DNA of 64,000 bases, from the NCBI GenBank assembly GCA_001662655.1, contig KV460225.1. One strand, 5' to 3'. The notes beneath the pieces were generated by a model. That model saw nothing but the letters and a program-made list of their open reading frames with translations. It was not told the origin of the DNA and did no database searches. A program made the translations under genes and the position numbers. This DNA is from Pseudogymnoascus verrucosus (taxonomy: Eukaryota). The stretch's first letter is position 1. Each line of letters opens with the position of its first letter. This document shows positions 11,699 to 23,860 of the stretch, in pieces.

Positions 11699-14007
11699 AT
11701 GTCTGAAGGCGATGTTGTCCCCACCGCAGGCCCCGTGGTCGTCGAGGCGCACGAGGTTGTAACATACCGTAAGTACCCTGGAGGGGTAGATGCAGCTCCC
11801 CAGAACTACTGTAGCTAACCTCGTTCGCAGCACCACCCACGAAGTTGTTTGAGAGTAAGGAACACAATGACACCTGCAGTACAAGCTATAGAATGTAGCA
11901 CAGCTAACTTTCAAAACAGAGCACCCCAGCAAGCCCCATATCGATGGTAAGCGCGTCTTATACCCCCCCTGACTGTGTGCGCCCATACTAATTGCGCGTT
12001 AGGCATGTCGCAATACGAGTCCATGTACAAAGAGTCCATTACGGAGCCAGAGAAGTTTTGGGGCAAGCACGCTCGCGAGCACTTGACCTGGTCGAAGGAC
12101 TTCCAGACCGTCCACAGCGGCAACCTGAACAACGGCGACAACGCGTGGTTCGTGGAGGGCGAGCTCAACGCCTCATACAACTGCGTCGACCGCCATGCGT
12201 TCAAGAATCCAGACAAGGCAGCCATAATCTACGAGGCTGACGAGCCAAACGAGGGCCGCACCCTGACCTATGGCGAGCTTCTCCGCGAGGTCTGCAAGAC
12301 CGCACACGTCCTCAAGCAGATGGGCGTCCAGAAGGGCGACACTGTTGCTATCTACCTCCCCATGATTCCGGAGGCACTTGTCGCATTCCTTGCCTGCGCG
12401 CGTATCGGTGCCGTTCACTCGGTCGTTTTCGCTGGCTTCTCGTCCGATTCCCTCCGGGACCGTGTCAACGACGCCAAGTCCAAGGTTGTCATCACCAGCG
12501 ACGAGGGCAAGCGTGGAGGAAAGGTTATTGCCACCAAGAAGATTGTGGACGACGCACTCAAGCAGTGCCCAAATGTCACCGGCTGCCTGGTCTACCAGCG
12601 CACCGGAGCCGACGTCCCATGGACCACCGGTAGAGATTGGTGGTGGCACGAGGAGGTCGAGAAGTGGCCCGCCTACATTGCCCCAGAGCCAATGAACTCA
12701 GAGGATCCTCTGTTCCTCCTCTACACCTCGGGTTCCACTGGTAAGCCAAAGGGTCTCATGCACAGCACCGGTGGTTACCTTCTTGGTGCGGCTATGACTG
12801 GAAAGTACGTCTTTGACATGCATGACACCGACAAGTTCTTCTGCGCTGGTGATGTTGGATGGGTTACTGGCCATACCTACGTTGTCTACGCCCCACTGCT
12901 CCTTGGTATTGCCACGGTTGTCTTCGAGGGAACCCCCGCCTACCCCAACTTCTCCAGATACTGGGATACCATTGAGAAGCACGGCATCACTCAATTCTAC
13001 GTCGCGCCCACCGCCCTGAGACTGCTCAAGCGCGCCGGCGACCAGCACATCACCGCCCAGATGAAGACCCTCCGTGTCCTCGGAACGGTCGGTGAGCCAA
13101 TCGCACCTGATGTGTGGAAGTGGTACCACGACACCGTCGGAAAGAAGGAGTGCCAGGTTATCGACACCTACTGGCAAACCGAGACCGGCTCCCACGTCAT
13201 CACCCCGCTTGCTGGCGTTACCCACACCAAGCCTGGAAGTGCCTCCCTCCCATTCTTCGGCATCGATCCTGCCATCATTGACCCCGTCTCTGGCAAGGAG
13301 GTCGCTGGCAACGATGTTGAGGGTGTTCTCGCCTTCAGGAACGCCTGGCCTAGCATGGCTCGCACTGTCTGGGGCGCGCACAAACGTTACATGGAGACTT
13401 ACCTGACCGTGTACCCAGGATACTACGTACGTTTACCCCTCCCATTCCCTAACTGAACCTAAAACTAACCCCCTTCTAGTTCACAGGCGACGGAGCCGGA
13501 CGTGACCACGACGGCTACTACTGGATCCGCGGACGTGTCGACGATGTCGTCAACGTCTCCGGCCACCGTCTCTCCACCGCCGAGATCGAAGCCGCGCTCA
13601 TCGAGCACGCCGCTGTCGCCGAAGCCGCCGTCGTCGGCGTTGCTGACGACCTCACCGGCCAGGCTGTCAACGCTTTCGTCTCCATCAAGGACGGCAACGA
13701 GATCAACGACCAGCTGAAGAAGGACCTCATCCTGCAGGTGCGCAAGAGCATTGGCCCATTCGCGGCACCAAAGACTATCATCATCGTCACCGACCTGCCC
13801 AAGACCCGTAGTGGAAAGATCATGCGTAGGATCTTGAGGAAGATTCTGGCGGGCGAGGAGGACTCGTTGGGAGATATCACTACTGTAAGTTCCTAATCTC
13901 ATTCCTTGTCTTGCGTGACCAAGAAGCTGACATCAGACCAGCTCTCCGACCCCACCGTCGTCGAACAGATCATCCAAACCGTCAAGAGCGGCCGCGCCCA
14001 GAAGTGA
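11699..14007 (+). CDS. facA: Acetyl-CoA synthetase (AMP-forming), 671 aa; exons 11699-11768, 11831-11854, 11920-11946, 12003-13426, 13480-13884, 13942-14007
   Basis: Motifs [43 protein letters not shown] and [11 protein letters not shown]. Five GT-AG introns with branch sites give an in-frame product. Confidence 0.97.
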
Positions 14008-14673
14008 TTCATCCCCCCCCGTGAATATGTGACGGAGACGCCGGGCATATAAAATTTGCGATACACGCACACACTGTTGATGCATGGTTGCCCCCGCGGG
14101 GAAGTTAACTACGATCTTAACTGCAAGAGGGAACTAACCCGCTGCATGCGGGGATGCCGCCGAAACGATGGGATGTTTTTTATCGGTTGTTATGGGATGT
14201 AAGGACGGCTGATTTTTACGGAATTTGTGGTACTGTTGTCGGATGGAACCCATGGGTCGGTCGGGCGCTCGATCGGCGCTGCGACAATTTTTCTGAAGAT
14301 TGTGCTCGTTAGGTAGTCTAGAATAGTCAAATGATGATTCTAAAGTAAAAATAAATCCAGCAGTGTTGGGTTGTGATAATGATAAAGCTTGGTTTGATAT
14401 ACCAGCCACATCTCGAGCTACGTAAGCCCCGCCCGTCCCTGTATCTGGTGCTGTGGCGCACGCAGCCTCGTCACCCCAACGCAAGCAAGCGAGCCGGGTT
14501 GTATGTAGCAGCCTCGCATCCCAACTCCCCCAGCTCCCCCTCCACCATCACCACTGTCCCTCCAACTTCTCCACGCCTTCCACTACACCTTACATACCAA
14601 TCTCCCTCCACCACTATCCCACAAACACCTCACCACCCACCACCGGCGCGCGCGCCACCAACCACCTCCCAAA

Positions 14674-15457
14674 ATGACATCCCGCCTCGTCCTCGTAATC
14701 GGCGACCTCCACATCCCCGACCGCGCAATCGACATTCCCGCAAAGGCACCCTTCCCCCCCCCCTCCCTCCTCCCTCCCCCCTTCCCCCCACCCATCAATC
14801 ACACCCCGCTAACACCCCATAGTTCAAAAAACTCCTCACCCCCGGCAAAATCGGGCAAACCCTCTGCCTCGGAAACCTCACCGACAGCGCAACCTACACC
14901 TACCTTCGCTCCATCTCTCCCGACCTCAAGCTCGTCCGGGGCCGCTTCGATGCCGACGCTCCCTCCCTTCCGCTTTCCGGGGTAGTAACGCACGGGAGTC
15001 TGAGAATTGGGTTCCTGGAGGGGTTTAGTGTGGTGGTGCCGGGGGAGGCGGATGCGTTGCTGGCGGAGGCGAGGAGGTTGGATGTTGATGTGCTTTGTTG
15101 GGGGGGGACGGGGAGGTTCGACGCGTATGAGTATGGGGAGAGGTTTTTTGTGAATCCGGGGAGTGGGACGGGGGTGGGGGGGGGGGAGGCGAGTTTTTGT
15201 TTGATGGATGTGAGTTTGGCTTTTCTGTTACTTACTCCCTTCTTCCCTTCCTTATTTGCTGGTTTTGGGAGCTGGGGGGGTTGGATTTTGGGAAGGGGAG
15301 GCGGAATTTGGGGAGATTGAGAGAGTAAGACCTGACTGTGAGATAGGTACAAGGGATTTCGCTCACGTTGTACGTGTATCAGCTTAAGACGGATGAGAAG
15401 GGCGCGGAGAGCGTGGCGGTGGAGAAGGTGACGTTTACGAAGAAGGTTGAGGCGTGA
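14674..15457 (+). CDS. VPS29: Retromer subunit VPS29, 189 aa; exons 14674-14745, 14823-15209, 15347-15457
   Basis: LVLVIGDLHIPDRAIDIPAK|FKKLLTPGKIGQTLCLGNL...FFVNPGSGTG...SFCLMD|VQGISLTLYVYQL. The first intron needs a GC donor. Confidence 0.95.
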
Positions 15458-15889
15458 GAGAAATACACATATGTGGAGGATACGAGATAATACAATTACA
15501 GTTCCGGGTTCAGGCATGCTCGAATCGATTGTGTTAATGTCCTGGGGGTGGAGAAGGAGCTTCATTTTATGGCATGGCTTCCACCGTCGTTGAAATGCGT
15601 GGTTAGGGACCAGACAACTGATATCACAGCACCATTACATTCATCATCCCTAGGAGTCAATTTTTATTCTTGTTATTTACGTCTCATTCCTATTCTTAAA
15701 CCCTCGTCCCCTACACCCCTCGCGGGGCCCCAAGCACAAGACACATCTTTCTTATACCACAAGGTGCAAAAAATTATAAGCACCAAATTCTACAAAAAAT
15801 ATACACCCCCAAACTCCACACCACCCTCTTTCCCAAAACGCCATCCAAACCCCCCCCAACACAAAAATCCAAATTCACCCCTCACTCAC

Positions 15890-18139
15890 TCACCCCGTCT
15901 TCTCCCCCACAAACCCATAACTACTCGTCCTCCCATGCCCCCCCGTACTCGCCTCCCCCACACTCCTCTGCGCCCCATGTCCCACATGTCCAACCTTCTC
16001 CATCTGCTCCCCTCCCCCCATCGCACCCGCCATCCACGGCCCACCTTGATTCTCATTATCCCTCGGAAACGGCGTCTCTACCTCTCCCCCAAACGCCCCA
16101 AACTCCGCGGGCCTCACCTCACGCTCCTCATACGGCGGGGAATCCGCTGGCACACCCCCGCCTTCCGCGCGCGTCTTGTCGCGGGACATCATCCCGACGA
16201 TTAGACGACTGGCGCCGATGAGCACGATGAGGAAGTAGACGGCGAAGAGGACGGTGGCTATGATGGCTTCTTCGCGGATGGTTTTGTACATGAAATCCAC
16301 CACGTGCTGGACAGCTCCTGATATATCATCCGAGGCGCTCGAGCCGGGAGATGCAAGGAATGACTCCTGATCCGGTTCACCTGACAACGAGGCCGCGGCG
16401 CCGAGGGAGAAGACGTCCTTGTCGAATGGCGGGAAGGCGACGTGGGCGTTATCGTGGACCCAGGTTAGGCCCTTTTCGATGCCTTGGATTTTGAGGAGGA
16501 GGAGGCAGTTGAGGGTCTCTTGGATGGGGGTGTAGAGGATTGTGCCGCCGAAGGTGTCGTTGAGGAGGGTGTCGACCATGTCGACGAAGACGTTGAGGGT
16601 GTTGTTCACCGCCGTGGTGGAGGTGGTTACCCAGCCGAAGACGTCGGTGTTAATCTTCGTGTTCGTGGAGGTGATGACGCCGTTTGCGCCTACGGCCCAT
16701 TGCTCGGACGCGTTGTTGAGAGCGAGCACGACGTTCTGGCTGAAATCCCCGACTTGGTTGGTTAGGGCGGGGACTTCCTTCTCGATCGTGCGCACGAGGA
16801 TGTACTGGCAGAGACAGGAGAAGAAGCCCGCGAAGGCGAGGAGGAGGACGAATAAGGCGGGGATGGTGGTGATGTATGCGACGAACCAGCGCGTAAGAAC
16901 TTGCTTCTTGGTGGTCTTCATTTTCGAGGCGACTTTGATGCCGGCGGTTGAGGTGTAGGGTCGCGCGGCGAGGTACATCACGTCCATGGGGTCGAAGGCC
17001 TGTTTCTGGATGAGAAGGGCGCGCTGCTTGGTGATGCGCCATCTTCGAATTTCGCGGTAGGCCATGGGCACGCAGGCGATGATGGCTAGGGCAACGACGA
17101 CACCGATGAATGCCTGGCGCGCGACATGGGCGGTTTTGGACAAGCCGTTGAAGAAGTCGTTGATGCCGTTGTTGTCGGAGCAGAAGGTTAGGGCCTCCTT
17201 TTGGGCGACGGGGAAGACGGACTTGTCGAACGTGTACCCGATTGTCGAGGCGTTGATCAGCTTCTTGATCTCCTCAAAGGGAGTGCGGATCAGGTTGTTG
17301 GTGAAGTTGTGGACCTCGCTGAAGTCTGGGATCTTTGCATCGAGTGCTTTGACGTTGGTGTCGAGATTGGCGGCGTTGAAGTTGATGCTCTTCAACTTGT
17401 TCATCTCGGACGTGAGATCGATGGTTGGTGGACTTGATTCGCCTCCGAAAAGTCCAGTGACTCCAGCGATGTCTTTGAGGAAGGAGTTCATATTGCTTTG
17501 GAAGCCATTAATACCGTCTGTAATCTCGCCCGTAACGGTAGCCAAGGTCTTGTTGAGGAACTGGCCTGCCTTATCGATGACTTCCAAGGCGGCGTGCAGT
17601 GCTCCTCCAACAACCAACGTGATCAAGCAAATATAAGTCGAAGTCATCATGTTAATGATGAACAGAACGATCTCTTCGACCCCGGTAATCGCAAGCATCA
17701 GCATGGACATGAGACCATTCACGGCTCTCGTTACACCGCTGGCAGCCATAGCGTTGACGCCCCCTGACATGTAGTGAGGCATCGAAGCCATGGCGCTGCC
17801 CACATTCTCCACGCTCGTACATGCCGAGAGAGCTTTGGCTTTGGCGGATGCGATGTTGTTATCAAGGCCCTGGATCGCCAGGAGGACTCTTGCCAGGACG
17901 AGCAGCAGCAGGATCGTCCATTTGTTGATCCAGACCTGTGATAACCGTGCTCTCAGCCCGAGGTATGGAGTGTATTGTGCGTCGGATGCGATATTGCCGT
18001 TGCCGTCGCGGGCGTATTCGCCCTGTAAATCGTGATGGCGGGCATCGAGGTTCCCCGGGAGCGGGGGAAAGGAGTCTGCTTTCGAGGGAGGCATGTGTAC
18101 GTGTGCCATGATGTTCCTGAGACCAGCCAAGGTAGACAT
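15890..18139 (-). CDS. PRM1: Plasma membrane fusion protein PRM1
   Basis: Motifs PYLGLRARLSQVWINKWTILLLLV, ACTSVENVGSAMASMPHYM, TSTYICL and LNCLLLLKIQGIEKGLTWV, with multiple TM segments. First ATG in frame is 18139 (the ORF track begins upstream at a non-ATG codon). Confidence 0.93.
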   Translation of the reverse strand: MSTLAGLRNIMAHVHMPPSKADSFPPLPGNLDARHHDLQGEYARDGNGNIASDAQYTPYLGLRARLSQVWINKWTILLLLVLARVLLAIQGLDNNIASAKAKALSACTSVENVGSAMASMPHYMSGGVNAMAASGVTRAVNGLMSMLMLAITGVEEIVLFIINMMTSTYICLITLVVGGALHAALEVIDKAGQFLNKTLATVTGEITDGINGFQSNMNSFLKDIAGVTGLFGGESSPPTIDLTSEMNKLKSINFNAANLDTNVKALDAKIPDFSEVHNFTNNLIRTPFEEIKKLINASTIGYTFDKSVFPVAQKEALTFCSDNNGINDFFNGLSKTAHVARQAFIGVVVALAIIACVPMAYREIRRWRITKQRALLIQKQAFDPMDVMYLAARPYTSTAGIKVASKMKTTKKQVLTRWFVAYITTIPALFVLLLAFAGFFSCLCQYILVRTIEKEVPALTNQVGDFSQNVVLALNNASEQWAVGANGVITSTNTKINTDVFGWVTTSTTAVNNTLNVFVDMVDTLLNDTFGGTILYTPIQETLNCLLLLKIQGIEKGLTWVHDNAHVAFPPFDKDVFSLGAAASLSGEPDQESFLASPGSSASDDISGAVQHVVDFMYKTIREEAIIATVLFAVYFLIVLIGASRLIVGMMSRDKTRAEGGGVPADSPPYEEREVRPAEFGAFGGEVETPFPRDNENQGGPWMAGAMGGGEQMEKVGHVGHGAQRSVGEASTGGHGRTSSYGFVGEKTG

Positions 18140-20076
18140 ATTTAGTATATGAAGTGTGTTTTTGTACAGAATGAAAATGAAGATTTTATCAGTAGCAACA
18201 AATGCGTGTGTGGTTGTGTGTTGTGATTCCGGATCTTGAGTATATGAGAAGCAAGAAAACAATTATTGTAGGTGGAAAGGTATTAATCGTGCATGATGGT
18301 AGTGACTCAATAAGAAATCTGAATGGCCGTGATTTGTATTGTAAAGAAAAAATGACAATGACAATGGACAATAATAATGAGAAAGAAAAAACAATCGAAT
18401 GGCCTGCATGCGTGGTGAGTAACTGAGAAACCGCAGGCGAAGTGCAGTCACTCACCTCTTTATTCCAGCTCACAGTCACCCACGCACCACCACGTGCGTA
18501 CTCCAATAAACGCGACAGGGACTCGGGGCCAGTTACTCGACAAAGCGATTTCTTTTGTTAGATGTTTGGTGTTTCAAGCCCTTACTAGGTCACCAGGCCG
18601 AATCTCCAACGTCTCGTCTTTGTGTGTTGTCGAGTCGTCGAGCCGCTGGGATAAATATAGGCGCTGGGCGCTCCTGGCCAGTCGTTTCGTCGAGGCAGGT
18701 CGCAACTGATTCACCAAGCGCGACGACGTAATATGACGGTGGATCGAGGCTCAAGCTAAGCTCAAACTGAATAAGGCAGCTGTGTTATGTTAATAAGCTT
18801 ATAGGCAGCGATATTGGCGTGTATAATGTCCGTTGAAAGGTTGCTCCGTTTGACTTGCGATATATACTCGAGTATCCGGGCGCATTCACTCGAATCCACT
18901 TCGTACGGAATGATTCAAAGGATTCACAGTTGATCATATACCTACTCAAATCGCGCATGGGGACACCTGGGTGGCGATCGAGTTGTTCAATAGTGTTTGC
19001 CTCCATCTCAAAGGGCATCACTGGCGCAACGATCCCATGGGCTATTTACTCTTCTCCCCTCCTCGACTCCGCGGGCACGGGGACAACGAACAATAGCAAG
19101 AAAACCCTGAAATGAACAAACCTACCTATACGCCAAAGATGACGACGCCGCCTCCCAAGAGGGTGACGAGCGAGTGGCCACCAGGGCCTTGCTCTCCCCG
19201 CCTTTCACCCAGACAATAGTATCATCACCATCACCGGATCAAATGACAGCTACCACAAAGGCGATCCAGTGGCTGTGCCCACATTCCACACAGTCAAAGC
19301 TGGAATGTAGAAGCCACGCCATCGCCAAAGCATTCTTGCGTCGTGGTGGTGTTGCGCTCTCCATTCCTGTTTATTTCCACTCCATCCCTGTCCCTGGAAC
19401 CTGACAGCGCTTGCGACCCAATCGTCGGCCCGCATACCCTTGAAATGACGTATCCATACCATACCGTACGAACAATATGAACAACTCCCAACCAACACCC
19501 AGAAACTCTCCAACTCCTCCAACTTCCCAGCTTTCCACATAAACTATAATCCCATCGTGGCAGTGCAGGCCAACGCAACAGCGACTGCCAACCACCAACT
19601 TAACCACCGCCAGCACGGCGTCTACTCTTCGCGCCGTGCCGTTTCAGGGTTTACGCCAAGAGGGGAGCGATTGGTTGGCGGTTGGTGACGGCGCTTATCG
19701 TTATCCGTTGGGTTGGAGCTGCGATAAGAGTCCGCGGTTACTGGAGGTTTGATGGGGGTGGTTCTATTTTTGGAGATGAGGGAGTTTATGCGGCTGAATG
19801 TATGCCTGTTGGCGGTATTAATCTCGTGTTGAAGATATGTGGCACGTGGTGACGAGGGCAAAGTGAACGGTGAGTGAGACTTAGGATGAAAAGTCGTGAG
19901 ATGACACTGTCAATTCCGTATCGGCGACACAGGGTAAGTAGACCCCTCCGGAGTCTTTCTCTGTTCATATTCAGTTTCAGATTCAGCTTTTGGTATAAAA
20001 CTCATGGCCCATGCTTCCCATCCAAACCCATTGAAACGCCTTTTATACACACAAAACACACATCCCATCTACCCTC

Positions 20077-22278
20077 TCACGGCGCATCAACCAACATCTT
20101 CGCATCCGCCACCGCCGCCCTCGCCACCTTCTTCAAAAACACCCTCTCATCCGCCTCCCTATACTTCTCCCACCCATCTAGCCCCTCCCTCGTCTGAATA
20201 CTCAACGTCTCATACCCCTGCTTAATCACCTGCGCCACCTGCGCACTCGTCAGATTCCGCACTCCGCTCCCGCGAACGCCGTCTTTCAAGAGCTCCTTGT
20301 AATGCGCGCTGACGCTCACGAGTGTGCCGATCGAGCAGCCGGGGCGCTTTGCTAGTCCGTAGGCTTCGCTGAATTTGACGAGTATGTCACCTGTTTCTAC
20401 GAGCTTGTAGAAGAGGTCATCATATGCTGCTGGCGTGGGAAGGAATGCTTCGCCCGCTGACAGCGCCAGCGCGATGAGATTCACCAACGCATCCTGTAGC
20501 GCGTCAATGCGAGACAGTCCCGCTAGATCTGCGGCGTATGTAGCCATGAAGCGGATTAGCGTTAGCAGGGAGCGGAAGAGCTCAGACCAGTGATAGGGCA
20601 AGCGCGTGCGTGTGCGTGCCAGATGCGCAATCAGGCGCTGCAAGATATCAAGGAAGAGGGCATAGAGATCGACGTCAAGGCGGCGGCGGAGGTTATGGTT
20701 GATCCCGTCAATCATGGCATCTATGAGGGCGGTAGCGAGGACGCGGTCGCCGCGAATTAGAGGGAGGTAAGGGGAGCGCTGGCGGCAGAGACGGATTGGC
20801 GTTTTGCTTTCAGGACTGCAGATGCGTTTGCAGAGGCTGGGGTCTTCGACGAGGAGGCGGATGGTGAGGAGGTTGAGGCGCGCGTAGAGGGAGGTGCGGG
20901 TGGAGATGTAGGCGTGCTCGAGGAGGTAGGATGTTAGGGATATGAAGCTTGCGATGGGGGGTTCGGATTGCTTGTTCTCGAGCTCGAGGGTCACGAGGTT
21001 GAAGCAGAAGAGCTTGTTGGCGTGGACGAAGTCGTAGGTGGCGAGGAGGACGGCTGCTTCGGCGCCGGGACTGGGACAGAGTTAGCAGATATTGTAGATT
21101 ATTGTAAGGGGGGGACTGACAGTTCTGCGAACATCTTCTTGGCGACTTCGGGGTCGATCACTGGCGCTGCTGGCTTTGCACCGATTAAGCCGCCGAGACC
21201 GAGCATGCCGAAGGCTGATGCGAGTGACCATCCTTCTGGGAGATCATTCTGGACGGCCACATATTTTGTGCGTAACCGTGAGCAGGTAGCGCCGGTAGAT
21301 GTGATAATCTTCTGTATTGCGGCCTCGTTCACGAAATCCTCGAGCCGTAACCTGTACGGATTTTGGAACTCAAACTTATTGTAATTCGCTAATAATCCGA
21401 GCAGAGTAAATGGTTCAAAAGTTCGGGTTATAGAATCAGTATCTTGTATAAACTGGCCGGATTAGTTTATCGAGTTGAACGAGGGAGACGCGCGGCCAAT
21501 CCATACCTTCATCAGCGACGGGAATAAGTCCCTATGTGTGAAATACGAGAGGAGACTCGTTTGATATGCGCCGGATGTCAGGGATAATGTTACTTCTATG
21601 GCTTTTTGCCGTATATCCACTGGCAAGATGTCAGTGATGTTGGAGCTGGGGGGGGGGTATGTAGGGAGTGCATACAAGAGCGTCCTGTCCGAATTGTATT
21701 ATCCAGCACCGCAACGAACTCCGTAACGACAGAGTCGACTTCGTCCAGGCCCGCAAGCACATTTATAATGTCCGAACTCGGGTTGTTATATTTCTTCGAC
21801 AAGACTGAAGCCAAAAGTACTGTAAGGGTCTGGATATGTTAGCCGTAGCCTTGTTGGAGCGGGGCATGGTCTTACATCGAGAGCATGAGTATCTGCCGGA
21901 GCACTTCCGGTTTTGATGCATTTAATTGCTCGAGAGAATAAGCTTCGTGTTTGGTTCTATCGCATGTAAGCCCAGGTCATAACCATACTTGCTGGGGACT
22001 AACTTGAAGGTTGAGCAGGTCAGAGGGACTCAATCCACCCAGTTTGCGCCTCAGCGTCGCAAGGTCCGGTTTGAGGAGGAAGAACTCCGTCCAAAACCCC
22101 TCAGATTTGTCGCCGCCTTCTTCATCCTGCGATGGAGAGTTAACATACAATCATTGGCGTCGACAGTGCGCAAGCCGGCACGGAATGTTGTTACCTTGAA
22201 GAGTCCGTCGTACAGCTCGACGATCTTTTGTTGAAACACCTCAGGTCTGCTCTGCTGGGTGAGGGGCGACGGCTCCAT
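20077..22278 (-). CDS. DUF1741 / ARMH3 (C10orf76)-like armadillo-type protein, 626 aa; exons 22278-22195, 22126-22004, 21956-21876, 21829-21676, 21619-21507, 21452-21121, 21070-20077
   Basis: Six canonical GT-AG introns join into one frame. Motifs KIVELYDGLF, FWTEFFLL, LLGLLANYNKFEFQNPY, YHWSELFRSL and FLPTPAAYDDLFYKLVE. Confidence 0.85.
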
Positions 22279-23035
22279 AACTCATGCCAATTGTATGTAA
22301 CCAGGAGCTCGGCGCTAGTCAGACACGCAATGGAAGAGCAAGAACCGAGTGGGAAATGGGTAGATTTCTATTGTCGATATCTCGTAAAATTATATCTCCA
22401 TCAACACGTTGCGTATGTTCCTACTGCCACCACCACCACCAGCCACAAAGGCCCAGGGTGCTTCAGCCTTGACCTGCATTTGTTCTTAGCGCAATCCGGC
22501 CGTCGGCGGTCGGGGCAAAATCAGTAAGACGCACAGCCTGGGAGACGAGGCTGAGGAACATTTAAGTAGGCGGAGGCACGGGAGGGGTCTTTTCTTAGAC
22601 GTCATTGTTAGTAGTTCATTAAAGTTTACTCTAAAAGTCGATTATATTGCACTAAATATCCGTGCAATTGTCCACAGTCCAAGCTCATTTTCTTAAGAGG
22701 CTGTTGTTATGACTTTCACTAGATTTTAGTGCTTCTAATCAATCGCCCTCGTACCTTTATGGCCCCGCCACTTATTGACTGGGTTTACAGGGTAGACGGG
22801 ATGACAAACCCGCTATACTGATTGGTCACGGCTACCCGTGGAAGTCCATGAACAGAGCCGAGCAGCATCATCGTATACAGTACTTTAACTCTCCAGCAAG
22901 CAACCTTCAAACCCAACTGGTGACTAATACCTCAATTTGGCATGAAATAGCAGAGCCTTTTCGTCCGAATACCAATACTATATTCATCTACTATACGAAT
23001 ACCCCATCCGACCAAGCACCTGTCAATCGCACAGG

Positions 23036-23860
23036 ATGGCAACTCCGAGATTTGCGACGCCGCTGGCTTCCTCAACCTCAAGGCTGTTCCAGTGCGCGTT
23101 TGCCCCCTCAGCAACACCAGCACTCCGGCCATGCCGCCACGCAATGAGACGAGTCTCCGAAGCACAGTCTGCACGCATGTCGACGAAGCGCAAGATGCAA
23201 ACCAGCACATACCAGGCATACACTCTCGAACCTCAAGCGCCGCCACCCCCGCGGAGCAGCGGCACCCCAGAAACATCCATCGGGAGAGGGATACCGCAAC
23301 TGCACAACACAATGCCGCCGCCGATACCTGGGCAACAAGCAGCAGCAACACAACCAGAGGTAGCTATCACCGAAAAGGAGGCGCAGAAGACGAAGCCTGT
23401 CCAAGCAAACAACTCCCCGGCCGCAGGCGCTGCGCCGGCGACACAAGAAAAGCCAAAGCCTCGCTCGAGGCTACGGGCTGCTCGAAAGGCGGCAATAACC
23501 CTTACGCCACTAGCTATCGAGCAAATACGCAACCTGCTCAACCAGCCTGAACCCAAGCTCATCAAGGTCGGCGTCAAGAACCGTGGCTGCAGTGGCCTCT
23601 CATACAACCTCGAGTACGTTGACAAGGCGGGAGCATTCGACGAGACGATTGAGCAGGATGGCGTGAAGGTCCTGATCGATAGCAAGGCCTTGTTCAGCAT
23701 CATTGGGAGCGAGATGGACTACGTGGAGGACAAGCTCAGTGAAAGATTCGTCTTCAAGAACCCTAATATAAGTAAGTGGCTCCGCGGAGATACCATAAGA
23801 CTATATCCTAACAATATACCAGAGGATGAATGTGGCTGCGGCGAGTCGTTCATGGTTTAG
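23036..23860 (+). CDS. ISA1: Mitochondrial A-type iron-sulfur cluster assembly protein, 257 aa; intron 23772-23822
   Basis: Motifs IKVGVKNRGCSGLSY, IDSKALFSIIGSEMD and spliced FKNPNIKDECGCGESF; presequence-like N-terminus. Confidence 0.95.
   Translation: MATPRFATPLASSTSRLFQCAFAPSATPALRPCRHAMRRVSEAQSARMSTKRKMQTSTYQAYTLEPQAPPPPRSSGTPETSIGRGIPQLHNTMPPPIPGQQAAATQPEVAITEKEAQKTKPVQANNSPAAGAAPATQEKPKPRSRLRAARKAAITLTPLAIEQIRNLLNQPEPKLIKVGVKNRGCSGLSYNLEYVDKAGAFDETIEQDGVKVLIDSKALFSIIGSEMDYVEDKLSERFVFKNPNISKWLRGDTIRLYPNNIPEDECGCGESFMV

Noticed and set aside
13930..14050. Cryptic peroxisomal isoform of acetyl-CoA synthetase by readthrough or alternative acceptor
   Set aside because: The stop context is TGA TTC, not TGA CTA, and none of readthrough, intron retention or the upstream CAG yields an SKL-like end.
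18700..19990. Possible decayed gene between PRM1 and the DUF1741 gene
   Set aside because: Short protein-like stretches are interrupted by stops and I recognise no family; a tblastx search would be needed.
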